A stretch of DNA of 64,000 nucleotides from the NCBI RefSeq assembly GCF_000737315.1, contig NZ_JMCB01000012.1, forward strand, positions 1-64,000. Direction: 5' to 3'. How positions within the stretch are numbered: position 1 is the stretch's first letter; each line of letters begins with the position of its first letter. Source of the DNA: Hyalangium minutum. Its GTDB lineage: Bacteria; Myxococcota; Myxococcia; Myxococcales; Myxococcaceae. The position numbers and the translations under genes were made by a program. Shown in pieces: positions 37,119 through 46,468 of this stretch. A model generated the notes under the pieces. The model did no database searches and had not been told where the DNA came from. It saw nothing but the letters and a program-made list of their open reading frames with translations.

Positions 37119-39482
37119 GTGAGCGCTCAGCCCTCCGTCCTTCAGGTCGTCATCCTCCGCGACGGGTTGCTCGTCGGCACGGAGGTGTTTGTCCCCGGCA
37201 CCTACGCCATCGGCTCGGATCCGTCGTCGGATCTGCTGCTGGATGATGCCTCCATCGAGCCGCGCCACGCGCTGCTGTACTTCCAGAATGGGCGCTCGGC
37301 CATTCAGGACGCGGGCTCCACGCAGGGCGTCTACGTGAACGGCCACCGCGTCTCCGCGTGCGAGATCCGCTCGGTGGATGAGGTGCTCTGCGGTCCCTTC
37401 GTGCTAAAGACGCGCGTGCTCTCGCAGAAGCCCGCCGAGAAGCCGCCCCCGTCTCCCGAAGTGGCCGCTCTGCTCGGAGCTCCGCAGCCTGCTCCCTCGC
37501 CCGCCCCCCAGCCCGCCGTCCGTCTGAGCCGCCCCGGAGTGCAGGCGACAATGCCCGCGCGCCCCTCCGTTTCGAACCTCCCCTCGGTGCAGCCGCAGCT
37601 GGCTCCCGAGCTGATGACCCACACCGTTCCCCTCACCCAGGGCCAGCAGAGCGCGCCGCGCGGCCCAGCGCCTCAGGCCGTCGTCCCGCTGCAGCAGCCG
37701 CCTCCCGCGGAGCACCGGGCCTCGCGCGGTGGCCCCGCCGTAGCCCACGCGCCCCGCCCCGCGCCGGTGCCGGTGCCCGTTCAGCCCCCGCAGGCCTCCG
37801 CGGTGCCCGCCAACACGGTGCCCTCCGCGCGCCGCCGCGCCACCCAGGATCTGCTGCCTGTGCAGGAGCAGTCTCCCTCCATCCAACTGGATGAGCTCTT
37901 CGGCGACAGCGAGCCTTCCTCCGAGCTCCCCGTCGAGCCTCCGCTGGAGCTGGAGCACGCGCCTCGCCCGCAGCCCGTCCAGGCTCCGGCCCGCGTCTCC
38001 GCCCCCGTTCAGGTTCCGGCCCGCGTCTCCGCCCCCGTCCGAATCCCCGTGCCCGCGCCCGAGCATGGCCATGGGCACTCCGCGGAGGTGCTGCCGGATC
38101 CGGCCCGCCCCACCCATGCCCCACAGGTGAGCCTCGGCAAGGGCACGGCCCAGCTCTACCTCGAGCTGTACTGGGGCGGCATCCGCCGCGAGGCGCGCCG
38201 CTTCTCTCCGGGCAAGGAGCCCCTCAAGGCCTCCGACGCCGAGAAGAACGCCATACCGCTGTGGGGCTTCGCGCTCCCAGAGGAGGGCTTCACGCTCGCC
38301 GAGGCCCTCAACGGCGCCTACCGACTCTACGTGCCCCCCGGTTCCGCCGTGGAGAAGGCCAACACCGGCGGCAAGTACACGCCCGTGCAGCTTACCGCGC
38401 TGGAGGCGGACGGCACCCGCCGCTTCATCACCCTGCGCGAGGGCACCGCCGCCCGCCTCACCCAGGGGCAGATGTCCCTGGTGGCCTACGCGGCGCCCAT
38501 GCCGGAGAAGGTCCGCGTCAACCCGCTGGCGGGTCTGCCCTGGCTGGCGCTGACCTGCTTCTTCCTCTTCGGCTCGGGCTTCGGCGCCTTCATCGCGCTG
38601 AGGCCCCAGTCGCCCGAGTCTCCGGACTTCCAGCAGAAGAACCTCCCTCCTGTCGCTCTGCGCCTGCTCTCGCCGGAACCGAAGAAGAAGGAGGAGGCCA
38701 AGAAGAAGCTCGCCGAGATCAAGGAGAAGGCCAAGCCGGAGAAGAAGGCCGAGAAGGCTCCAGAGAAGGTGGCCGAGACGCCCAAGCCCAAGGAGAAGGT
38801 GCCTCCTCCGCCCAAGGCCGCCACGCCGCCTCCGCCCGAGTCCAAGGCGCTCAAGGCCCTGGCCAAGCTGTCCGCCGCCGGCCCCGCGGCCAATGACGTG
38901 CTCGCCGCCGTGGACAAGCTGGGCAGCGGCCCGGGCAGCAAGAACGTGAAGACGTCCAACTACAAGCTGTCCGGCCTCATCGGAAAAGCGCCCATCGCCA
39001 ACGCAGGCTTGGGCACCTTTGGCCTGGGCGGCGGTGGAAAGGGCGGCGGCGCCACACTCGGCGCGGAGCTGCTGCGCGGCAAGGGCGGCGGCGGCATCGG
39101 CGCGCTGGGCGCAGGGGGCGTGGGCAAGGGGCAGGTGGGCGGCGTGGTGACGCGCGCCACCTCGCGCAGCGTCGCGGCCACCCAGGGCAGCATCGACCGC
39201 GAGGCCGTGGCCAAGGTCATCAACAGCCACCTCCAGGAAGTCTACGCCTGCTACGAGCGCGCCCTCCTCAAGGACACGGGGCTCGCCGGCAAGGTGGTGC
39301 TCGAGTGGACGATCGGCGGCTCGGGCAGCGTGGTGGCGGCCAAGACCAAGTCCTCCACCCTCCGGAACGGCGCTGTCGAGGCCTGTATCCTCAGCAACCT
39401 GAAGAAGTGGCAATTCCCCGCCCCCAAGGGCGGCGTCGTCATCATCAGCTATCCCTTCATCTTCAACTCGGTCGGTTACTGA
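37119..39482 (+). CDS. GltG-like protein: FHA domain, Pro-rich linker, TM, TonB-like (AgmX/PglI) C-terminal domain
   Basis: GTG start; IGSDP.SDL.LDD..I..RHA (FHA); IDREAVAKVINSH...CYERAL...GKVVLEWTI...CIL...KKWQFPAPKGGVVIISYPF. Confidence 0.85.
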   Translation: MSAQPSVLQVVILRDGLLVGTEVFVPGTYAIGSDPSSDLLLDDASIEPRHALLYFQNGRSAIQDAGSTQGVYVNGHRVSACEIRSVDEVLCGPFVLKTRVLSQKPAEKPPPSPEVAALLGAPQPAPSPAPQPAVRLSRPGVQATMPARPSVSNLPSVQPQLAPELMTHTVPLTQGQQSAPRGPAPQAVVPLQQPPPAEHRASRGGPAVAHAPRPAPVPVPVQPPQASAVPANTVPSARRRATQDLLPVQEQSPSIQLDELFGDSEPSSELPVEPPLELEHAPRPQPVQAPARVSAPVQVPARVSAPVRIPVPAPEHGHGHSAEVLPDPARPTHAPQVSLGKGTAQLYLELYWGGIRREARRFSPGKEPLKASDAEKNAIPLWGFALPEEGFTLAEALNGAYRLYVPPGSAVEKANTGGKYTPVQLTALEADGTRRFITLREGTAARLTQGQMSLVAYAAPMPEKVRVNPLAGLPWLALTCFFLFGSGFGAFIALRPQSPESPDFQQKNLPPVALRLLSPEPKKKEEAKKKLAEIKEKAKPEKKAEKAPEKVAETPKPKEKVPPPPKAATPPPPESKALKALAKLSAAGPAANDVLAAVDKLGSGPGSKNVKTSNYKLSGLIGKAPIANAGLGTFGLGGGGKGGGATLGAELLRGKGGGGIGALGAGGVGKGQVGGVVTRATSRSVAATQGSIDREAVAKVINSHLQEVYACYERALLKDTGLAGKVVLEWTIGGSGSVVAAKTKSSTLRNGAVEACILSNLKKWQFPAPKGGVVIISYPFIFNSVGY
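37979..38040 (+). repeat. 30-bp tandem duplication (PARVSAPVQV)
   Basis: CCGGCCCGCGTCTCCGCCCCCGT at 37986 and 38016. Confidence 0.85.
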
Positions 39483-39521
39483 CGCGGGATCCCCGCGTCT
39501 GGCCGCCTTCCCAACCGGACA

Positions 39522-40163
39522 GTGCCCATCGTGCGATACGCCCTGCTGCTCCTCCTGTTGGCCCCCGGCCTCGCGCTCGCGCAGGCCGAGGCGCTCGAGA
39601 ACCCCGGCACCACCTCCGCCGTGCAAGACCGCCTGTACCGGATGAACCACGAGCTGACGCTCGGCGTCGGCGTGCTGCCGGCGGACGCCTACTACAAGGG
39701 CTACTACGCGCAGGTCAGCTACACGTACCACTTCAGCGACAACTTCGCGTGGCAGGTGGGCCGAGGCGCCTACAGCTACAACGTGGAGACGGGCCTGCGC
39801 AGCCAGCTGGAGCGTGACTTCGGCGTGGCCCCCACCGCCACCGCCTTCGAGGACGAGGTGGAGTGGATGGTGGGCTCGGACCTCGTGTTCAGCCCCTTCT
39901 ACGGGAAGACGGCCATCCTCAACAGCAAGGTCATCCACTTCGAGGCCTTCCTGCTGGGCGGCGCCACCGTCTTCAAGCTCAACCGCGAGGGCGGCTTCCG
40001 TCCCGGCGCCAACCTGGGTCTGGGCATCCGCGTCTTCAAGAGTGACACCGTCTCCTTCCGGCTGGACGTGACCAACAACGTCGTCTTCGCCGGCGCCTCG
40101 CGCATCATCAACATCCCCACGATCCAGCTCGGCACCGCGCTCAACTTCGGCGCCACGGAATAA
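39522..40163 (+). CDS. outer-membrane beta-barrel protein, GltA/B/H-like
   Basis: Signal peptide; AVQDRLYR..HEL, alternating beta strands, FSPFYGK..ILNSKVIHF. Confidence 0.8.
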   Translation: MPIVRYALLLLLLAPGLALAQAEALENPGTTSAVQDRLYRMNHELTLGVGVLPADAYYKGYYAQVSYTYHFSDNFAWQVGRGAYSYNVETGLRSQLERDFGVAPTATAFEDEVEWMVGSDLVFSPFYGKTAILNSKVIHFEAFLLGGATVFKLNREGGFRPGANLGLGIRVFKSDTVSFRLDVTNNVVFAGASRIINIPTIQLGTALNFGATE

Positions 40164-40168
40164 CGCGG

Positions 40169-42010
40169 ATGCTTCCCTCACGACTCGCCGCGCTCTCCAG
40201 CGCCGCGCTCCTCCTCCTGCCTCTGGCCTCGCGAGGTGCGCCTTCCAAGGCTCCCGCCGCCAGCGCGCAGCCCGCTCCCGCTCAGCCCGCTGCTGCCACC
40301 CCTGGCGCGCCAGCTCCGGCCCCTGCGGCGGCTCCCGGAACGCCTCCCGCCACCCCGGCTCCGGCCAAGACCGACGCCGCCGCGCCCGCCGAGGGCCAGG
40401 CCGCCGCGCCCAAGGCCGAGGAGCCTCCTCCCCCGCCCGAGAAGGTGGACCCGAAGACTTTCGACGAGGCCTTGGCGGAGTACTTCCAGGGCCACTGTGA
40501 CGACACCGCGGAGGCCCAGGGCCGCCAGACGGTCGTCGTCAGCAAGGTGATCATCACCGCTCCGGCCACCGGAAGCGCCTCCGCGGACGCTGCAGGCGCC
40601 ACCATCGGAAAGGCCGTCGCCAAAGCCGTCAAGGCCGCCTCCAAGTCCGCAGAGGAGCTGAAGTCTGGCAACGCCCAGCCGTGCGGCAACAAGCACAGCG
40701 CACGCGCCGCGAGCATGCTCTACGCCTGGCTCGCCGCCACGCCGAAGACGGACGACAACTACGCCTGGGGGCAATACTTCCTGGCCCGCAGCCTGATCGA
40801 TCTGGGGCTCACCCATGCGGGCGCCGTGTACCTGGCCCGCATCGCCCGTGAGCGCACCAACCCCCAGGTACTGCCCCGCGCCCTGGAGGCGCTCAAGGAC
40901 CTGACGGACAGGCCGTACAACGAGGTCATGATCGACGAGCAGGTGTTCGCCGCCTTGGATCTCGGCTTCCTGGAAGAAGAGGCCGGGGCCTATGCCCACT
41001 ACCAGCAGGGTCTGGTGGATCTGCGCGTGGGCAACGAGCGCTGGGCCAACAACCACTTCGCCAAGCTCGAGGAGGGCAGCGCCGAGGCCAGCCGCGCGAA
41101 GTTCGCCCAGCTCGTCACCCGCCTCAAGACGGTGAAAGAGCCCTCGGAGGAGCTGATCAACGACTTCCTCACCCTCTCCACCGACGAGAAGCTCACGCGC
41201 GAGGCGCGCAACGAGGCGGCGCTCGCGGTGGCCCGCCTGCGCTACGAGCGCAAGGACTTCCAGGGCGCGCTCGTGGCCTACAACCAGGTGCTGCTGCCCG
41301 AGCTGGATCCGGGCCGCGCCACGCTCTACCTGGAGGAGGCGTGGACCCGGTACAAGCTGGGCGAGCTGCGCGCCGCCCTGGGCATCCTCACCACCCTGGA
41401 CGCACCCTCCTTCCGGGACGAGTTCCTCCCGGACAAGTACCTGCTGCGCGCCCTCATTTATCGGGACTTGTGCCACTACCTGCCCGCCAAGCGCGCCGCC
41501 AAGGAGCTGACGCGCCGCTTCGCCGACTCGCTGGATGCCATCGCCGAGCGCGATGACCTGACGCAGGACCTGCGCCTGCGCCGCGCCGCCGAGGCCCACG
41601 GGTCCACCCAGCGCGCCTCGCGCTTCAAGGGGCTGCTCGAGCTGGAGTCCGAGCGGCTCGGGCGCTGGGCCGGCAGCTTCGGCGACCGGCTCCAGTCGCA
41701 CCTCACCAAGGTCTACGCCCTGTCCCTGGGCGAGTCCGAGCGCGTCCACCAGGCCCGCCTGGCCGAGGCCGTGCGCCAGGAGGCCGACACGCTGCTGCGT
41801 GCCGCCGAGCAGGTCCGCCTCATGGAGTACGAGGTGGGCCTCAAGCTCTATGAGCGCGTGAAGAAGGGTTCGAAGAAAGTCGCCCCACGGGAGGAGGAGC
41901 TGCTCGGGCCTGACCAGGTCGCCTTCCGGTTCGAGGGCGAGTACTGGAACGACGAGCTGAAGTCCTACCGCGTCAGCATCGAGAGCCGTTGCATCGAGGA
42001 AACCCCATGA
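40169..42010 (+). CDS. GltC-like TPR protein
   Basis: Signal peptide, TPR helices, C-terminal FEGEYWNDELKSY...RC motif. Confidence 0.7.
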   Translation: MLPSRLAALSSAALLLLPLASRGAPSKAPAASAQPAPAQPAAATPGAPAPAPAAAPGTPPATPAPAKTDAAAPAEGQAAAPKAEEPPPPPEKVDPKTFDEALAEYFQGHCDDTAEAQGRQTVVVSKVIITAPATGSASADAAGATIGKAVAKAVKAASKSAEELKSGNAQPCGNKHSARAASMLYAWLAATPKTDDNYAWGQYFLARSLIDLGLTHAGAVYLARIARERTNPQVLPRALEALKDLTDRPYNEVMIDEQVFAALDLGFLEEEAGAYAHYQQGLVDLRVGNERWANNHFAKLEEGSAEASRAKFAQLVTRLKTVKEPSEELINDFLTLSTDEKLTREARNEAALAVARLRYERKDFQGALVAYNQVLLPELDPGRATLYLEEAWTRYKLGELRAALGILTTLDAPSFRDEFLPDKYLLRALIYRDLCHYLPAKRAAKELTRRFADSLDAIAERDDLTQDLRLRRAAEAHGSTQRASRFKGLLELESERLGRWAGSFGDRLQSHLTKVYALSLGESERVHQARLAEAVRQEADTLLRAAEQVRLMEYEVGLKLYERVKKGSKKVAPREEELLGPDQVAFRFEGEYWNDELKSYRVSIESRCIEETP

Positions 42011-45000
42011 CCGGGAAGTGGACCGGGATCATCGCCGCGGCGCTGCTCGCCGCGAGTTCCGCCGGGGCCCAGCGCCAGGACCGGAACTTCAACCCCATCG
42101 TCTCCAAAGCGAAAGAGCGCGAGGAGCTCATCGCCAAGCTCAAGCGCGACATCTTCAAGGTGGACCGCGCCATCGGCGAGACGGACAAGCTCATCTCCAA
42201 GAGCCGCAACGCGCCGTACCTGCCGGACCTGCAGTTCCGCCTGGCCGAGCTCTACGTGGAGAAGAGCCGCTACGTGTACTACCTGCAGGCCGAGCAGCGC
42301 CCCGAGGGGGCCTCGGGCGCCATCGTCTCGCCCGAGACGCGGCTGATGAAGAACAAGGCCGTGCAGCTCTACCTGCGCCTGCAGCGCGAGTACCCGGACT
42401 TCCACGACGGCGACAAGGTGATGTTCTACCTGGCGCACGAGCAGCGCGAGCTGGGCACCTTCGACGAGATGCTCAAGACGCTGGGCGACCTGACGCGCAA
42501 GTACCCCAGCAGCCCGCTGCGCCTGGAGGCCGAGCAGATCATCGGCGACTATCACTTCGACAAGGCGGACCTGGCGGAGGCGGAGAAGCACTACACCGCC
42601 ATCCTCGCGCAGCCGCCCTCGCCGGTGCATGACCTGGCCCGCTACAAGATGGGCTGGATCCGCGTGAACCAGGCCAAGCACGCCGAGGCCGTGGTCTTCT
42701 TCGAGGCCGCCGCCGCCAGCGAGCCCCTGCCGGGCGTGGACGCCAAGAAGGCGCTCAACGTGAAGCGCGAGGCCTTGTTGGACCTCGTCTACAGCTACAC
42801 CGAGGCCAAGCCGGCCAAGGGCGCCATCAACTACTTCGAGAAGCTGTCCGACAGCCGGGCCACCTTCGCGCTGGCGCTGGACAAGCTGGGCAACCGCTAC
42901 TTCATCAAGGCGCAGTACGAGTGGGCCATCCCCGCGCTGCGCAAGCTGATGGAGATCCAGTTCGACCCCGAGCTGGACCTGGAGCGCGGCCAGAAGCTCT
43001 ATGACGCGATCAAGGCCTCCAAGGGCAAGGTGATGCCAGAGCCGGCGGACCTGCGCTTCCTGGTGCGCGCCGGCGTGCAGGCCAAGACGGACCCCGAGCT
43101 GCCCGAGGCGGACCGCAAGAAGCAGCTCGCGGAGCTGGAGGAGATGGCACGCGACCTGGCTACGCAGCTGCACGTGGCCGCGCAGAAGAAGGACGACAGG
43201 CCCATGTATGTGACGGCTGCGTCCGCCTACAAGGAGTACCTCAGCCTCTTCCGCCCCGAGCAGTACGTGCGGCCCATCATGAAGAACCGTGCGGACGCGC
43301 TCTTCGAGGCGAGCGCCTTCCCGGACGCCGCGCGCCAGTTCGAGGAGCTGGCCCGCTACGAGGAGAAGGCCAAGCAGCGCGACGAGAAGGCCATCGACGC
43401 GGCCATGTACGGCGCCCTGCTGAGCCATTTCTCCACCGTGAAGCCGGAGGAGGCGGCCAGGCGCACCACCTTCGAGGTGGCGGATGCGCGCCAGGCCCTC
43501 AAAGTGCTCGGCGCCAACTACGTCACCCGCTTCCCCCAGAGCCCCAACCTGCTCGAGGTGAAGTTCAACATCGCCCGCGCCTACTACGAGGACGGCGAGT
43601 ACCCGAAGGCCGCCGAGCTCTTCACCGCCTTCGCCCTGGCCCACCCGCAGCACAAGGACGCCAGCGTCGCCGGTAACCTCGCGCTCGACAGCCTCCGCCA
43701 GCTCAACGACTTCAAGGGCATGGAGGAGACGGGCAAGAAGTTCCTCGGCACGCCGCTGCCCGCCAAGTTCCAGGACGACGTCCGGAAGATTCTGGCGCAG
43801 AGCAAGGCCGAGGCGCTGGACGAGCTGGCCCTCAAGAGCGCCGAGGAGACAGGCGACGTCATCCAGGGCCTGCTCAAGGTGGCTGACGAGAACAAGAACT
43901 CGGAGATCGGCGAGAAGGCCCTCTATGGCGCCTTCACCGCCGCGCGTGAGAAGCGCGACCTGATCCGCGCGCGCGAGCTGGCCAACAAGCTGTCCGCCGA
44001 CTACCCCAAGAGCCAGTACCTCTCGGACGTGCTGCTGACGCTGGGCCGCTACTCCGCCGAGGCCGGCTCCTTCACCGAGGCCGCCGACTGGTTCGAGAAG
44101 GTAGGCCAGAAGCTCGGCGCGGACGCGGTGGGCCTGGATGGCTACCTGTCCGCCGCGCGCCTGCGCCTGGCCATGGGTGACTACAAGGAGGCCTCTCGCA
44201 GCCTGGAGACGGCCGCCGAGGTGGCGGGGGCCCGCAAGGGCGAAGTGCTGGTGCTGCTGGCCGAGGCCCGCCTGAAACAGAAGGACTACGCCGCCGCCCG
44301 CCGCGCCGCCGAGAGCGCCCTGGCGCTGAACAAGACGAGCACCGGTGCCGCCGCCGTCATCGCCGAGGTGCAGGCCACCACCGCTCCGAACGACTCGCCC
44401 GAGAAGCTCATCGCCACCCTCACCACCGCGGTGCAGGGGCCGGATGGGCAGACGGAAGAAGCCGCCAAGGGCCTTTGGTTCCTCGGAGAGATTCTCTACC
44501 GCAGCTACAAGGCCCTGCCCGCCGACAAGGTCGAGGAGAAGGTATCCGCCCTGCAGAGCATGGAGGGCATCTACACGCAGGCCGCCTCGCTCGGCTACCC
44601 GGAGTGGGCCGTGGCCTCGCTGTGGAAGCTGGCCCTGTCGTATGAGCACCTCGCCAGCGTGGTGGACGCCACGCCCGCCCCCGCTGGAGCCTCGGCCGCC
44701 GAGGTGAAGGCCTTCCAGCAGGCGGTGAAGGAGCAAGTGGCTCCGCTGCGCCAGCGCGCGGACGAGGCCTTCAAGGTCTGCCTCGCTCGCGCCGAGCAGC
44801 TCGACGTGTTCAGCGCCGCCGTGGTGGGCTGCCGCAGCCGGAGCGACACGGCCGCGCTGCCCGTGCCCACCCCCGGCACGCCCACGCGCAGCCAGGCCCT
44901 CGAGGAGGTCCGCAAGAAAGCCGAGGCCACGCTCACCGCCGAGGCGCTCGAGGCCCTGGGCATGGCGTACCTGGAGAACAAGCAGTACGGCCTGGCCCAG

Positions 45001-45282
45001 CTCACCTTCGGCCGCGTCACCGAGCTGCAGGACACGCGCGCCGTCTCGCACAACGCGCTGGGCTGGGCACTGCTCAACCAGGGCGATGCGATGGGCGCTC
45101 ACGCCGCGTACGCCAAGGCGCTCGAGGCGGACCCCACGTACAGCAAGGCCCGCCTCAACGTCGCCGCCCTGCGCTGCCGCTTCGGCGATGTCGAGGGCGC
45201 CCGGCGCGAGCTGTCCGTGCTCAAGGATGTGAACTCGCTCGGCGGCACCGACGTGGACACGGGGTGGAAGGCGTGCAAGTGA
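42007..45282 (+). CDS. GltD/AgmU-like large TPR protein
   Basis: ATG 42007 overlaps the upstream stop (ATGA); signal peptide; PDLQFRLAELYVEK...YPDF...DKVMFYLAH; many TPRs. Confidence 0.8.
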   Translation: MTGKWTGIIAAALLAASSAGAQRQDRNFNPIVSKAKEREELIAKLKRDIFKVDRAIGETDKLISKSRNAPYLPDLQFRLAELYVEKSRYVYYLQAEQRPEGASGAIVSPETRLMKNKAVQLYLRLQREYPDFHDGDKVMFYLAHEQRELGTFDEMLKTLGDLTRKYPSSPLRLEAEQIIGDYHFDKADLAEAEKHYTAILAQPPSPVHDLARYKMGWIRVNQAKHAEAVVFFEAAAASEPLPGVDAKKALNVKREALLDLVYSYTEAKPAKGAINYFEKLSDSRATFALALDKLGNRYFIKAQYEWAIPALRKLMEIQFDPELDLERGQKLYDAIKASKGKVMPEPADLRFLVRAGVQAKTDPELPEADRKKQLAELEEMARDLATQLHVAAQKKDDRPMYVTAASAYKEYLSLFRPEQYVRPIMKNRADALFEASAFPDAARQFEELARYEEKAKQRDEKAIDAAMYGALLSHFSTVKPEEAARRTTFEVADARQALKVLGANYVTRFPQSPNLLEVKFNIARAYYEDGEYPKAAELFTAFALAHPQHKDASVAGNLALDSLRQLNDFKGMEETGKKFLGTPLPAKFQDDVRKILAQSKAEALDELALKSAEETGDVIQGLLKVADENKNSEIGEKALYGAFTAAREKRDLIRARELANKLSADYPKSQYLSDVLLTLGRYSAEAGSFTEAADWFEKVGQKLGADAVGLDGYLSAARLRLAMGDYKEASRSLETAAEVAGARKGEVLVLLAEARLKQKDYAAARRAAESALALNKTSTGAAAVIAEVQATTAPNDSPEKLIATLTTAVQGPDGQTEEAAKGLWFLGEILYRSYKALPADKVEEKVSALQSMEGIYTQAASLGYPEWAVASLWKLALSYEHLASVVDATPAPAGASAAEVKAFQQAVKEQVAPLRQRADEAFKVCLARAEQLDVFSAAVVGCRSRSDTAALPVPTPGTPTRSQALEEVRKKAEATLTAEALEALGMAYLENKQYGLAQLTFGRVTELQDTRAVSHNALGWALLNQGDAMGAHAAYAKALEADPTYSKARLNVAALRCRFGDVEGARRELSVLKDVNSLGGTDVDTGWKACK

Positions 45283-45836
45283 GCCCGCGCATACTGCCGG
45301 CCCTGCTCCTGGGGGGCCTGCTCACCGGGTGCGGCCAGGGTCCGCACCTGGAGGGCAGCGTCACCCCGCTGCTGGACCTGCGCTACGACATCGCCCGGGC
45401 GGCCGCCACCTCCGACGAAGTCTCCATCAGCTTCATCGATCAGCTGGAGCCTGCCCCAGGCGCAGAGCCCCTCCCCGAGGACAGCCCGCCCCCTGAGGGC
45501 ATCGTCTTCAAGGTGGCCGCGCGGCTCGACGACCTGCAGCTCACGCCGGGCGTGAAGATCGACCTGGCCGAGCTGATGGGCACCGAGCCGGACTCCGCCC
45601 AGCGCGGCGCGCTCAGCCGCAGCATGCCCGACGAGCCCTCGCGCGACTTCCCTCGCATGCTCCGGGGCGGGCTCACCGTCGACAAGGCCCTCGAAGGCTT
45701 CACCCCTTGCGCCAAGATCAAGGGCGACTTCCACGTCACCTTCGTCAACGGCACCGACGTCTACTCCGGCCGCACCGTGTTCGGCCACTTCCAGGCCACC
45801 GTTCCCAACGTGGACCCGAAAACGCCATGTTCATGA
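45279..45836 (+). CDS. putative lipoprotein
   Basis: GTG overlapping the upstream stop; lipobox LLTG-C. Confidence 0.8.
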   Translation: MSPRILPALLLGGLLTGCGQGPHLEGSVTPLLDLRYDIARAAATSDEVSISFIDQLEPAPGAEPLPEDSPPPEGIVFKVAARLDDLQLTPGVKIDLAELMGTEPDSAQRGALSRSMPDEPSRDFPRMLRGGLTVDKALEGFTPCAKIKGDFHVTFVNGTDVYSGRTVFGHFQATVPNVDPKTPCS

Positions 45837-46468
45837 AGCGCATCGTCCTGCTCACCCTGCCGCTGCTCGCCGCGTGTGGCTCGCGCTATGGCATGCGCCT
45901 GCCAGACGAGATGGAGAAGAATCTCCCGTACGAGACCCGCATCGAGCTGCTCGAGGCCGAGAATGCTCTCGCGCTCGCCTACGACAAGGTGGACGAGGCC
46001 AGCAGCGAGATTGTCCGCGCCCGCGACAACATCCGCCGCGCCCGCTCGCGCGCCCAGGCCGCCGAGTCCGAGCTGGATCGCGCCGAGGACACCGTGTCCA
46101 AAGAGGTGGCCCAGCTCACCATCGAGGAGGCCGAAGCCCGCGTGGAGTACCTGCGCTCCCGTCAGCGCCTGAACGTGGCCAAGCTGGAGGTGGAGGAGCT
46201 GGCCAAGCAGTGCGCCGTCGCCCGCTTCGAGCTGTCCCGAGTGACGGCCGCCCGCAAGGCCAAGGTGGCAGGCAGCGAGGGGCTGGACCCCAAGGAGTTC
46301 GAGTCCCAGGTGAGCGAGTGCGAGGCCGAGGTGAAGGAGGAGCGGGCGGGGCTCGGCGCCAACACCGCGGACGAGAAGGCGGCGCGCGAGGCGTGGGAGG
46401 CGAAGAAAGCGGCGCTGGCCAAGAAGACCTTTGACGCGCGAACCAGTCCTTACGTGGAGAACCTGTGA
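45833..46468 (+). CDS. coiled-coil lipoprotein
   Basis: ATGA overlap; MKRIVLLTLPLLAA-C; long A/E/R-rich heptad helix. Confidence 0.8.
   Translation: MKRIVLLTLPLLAACGSRYGMRLPDEMEKNLPYETRIELLEAENALALAYDKVDEASSEIVRARDNIRRARSRAQAAESELDRAEDTVSKEVAQLTIEEAEARVEYLRSRQRLNVAKLEVEELAKQCAVARFELSRVTAARKAKVAGSEGLDPKEFESQVSECEAEVKEERAGLGANTADEKAAREAWEAKKAALAKKTFDARTSPYVENL

Noticed and set aside
37404-45102. 925-aa and 1045-aa minus-strand ORFs
   Set aside because: Antisense shadows of the Glt-like genes, which carry recognisable motifs on the plus strand.
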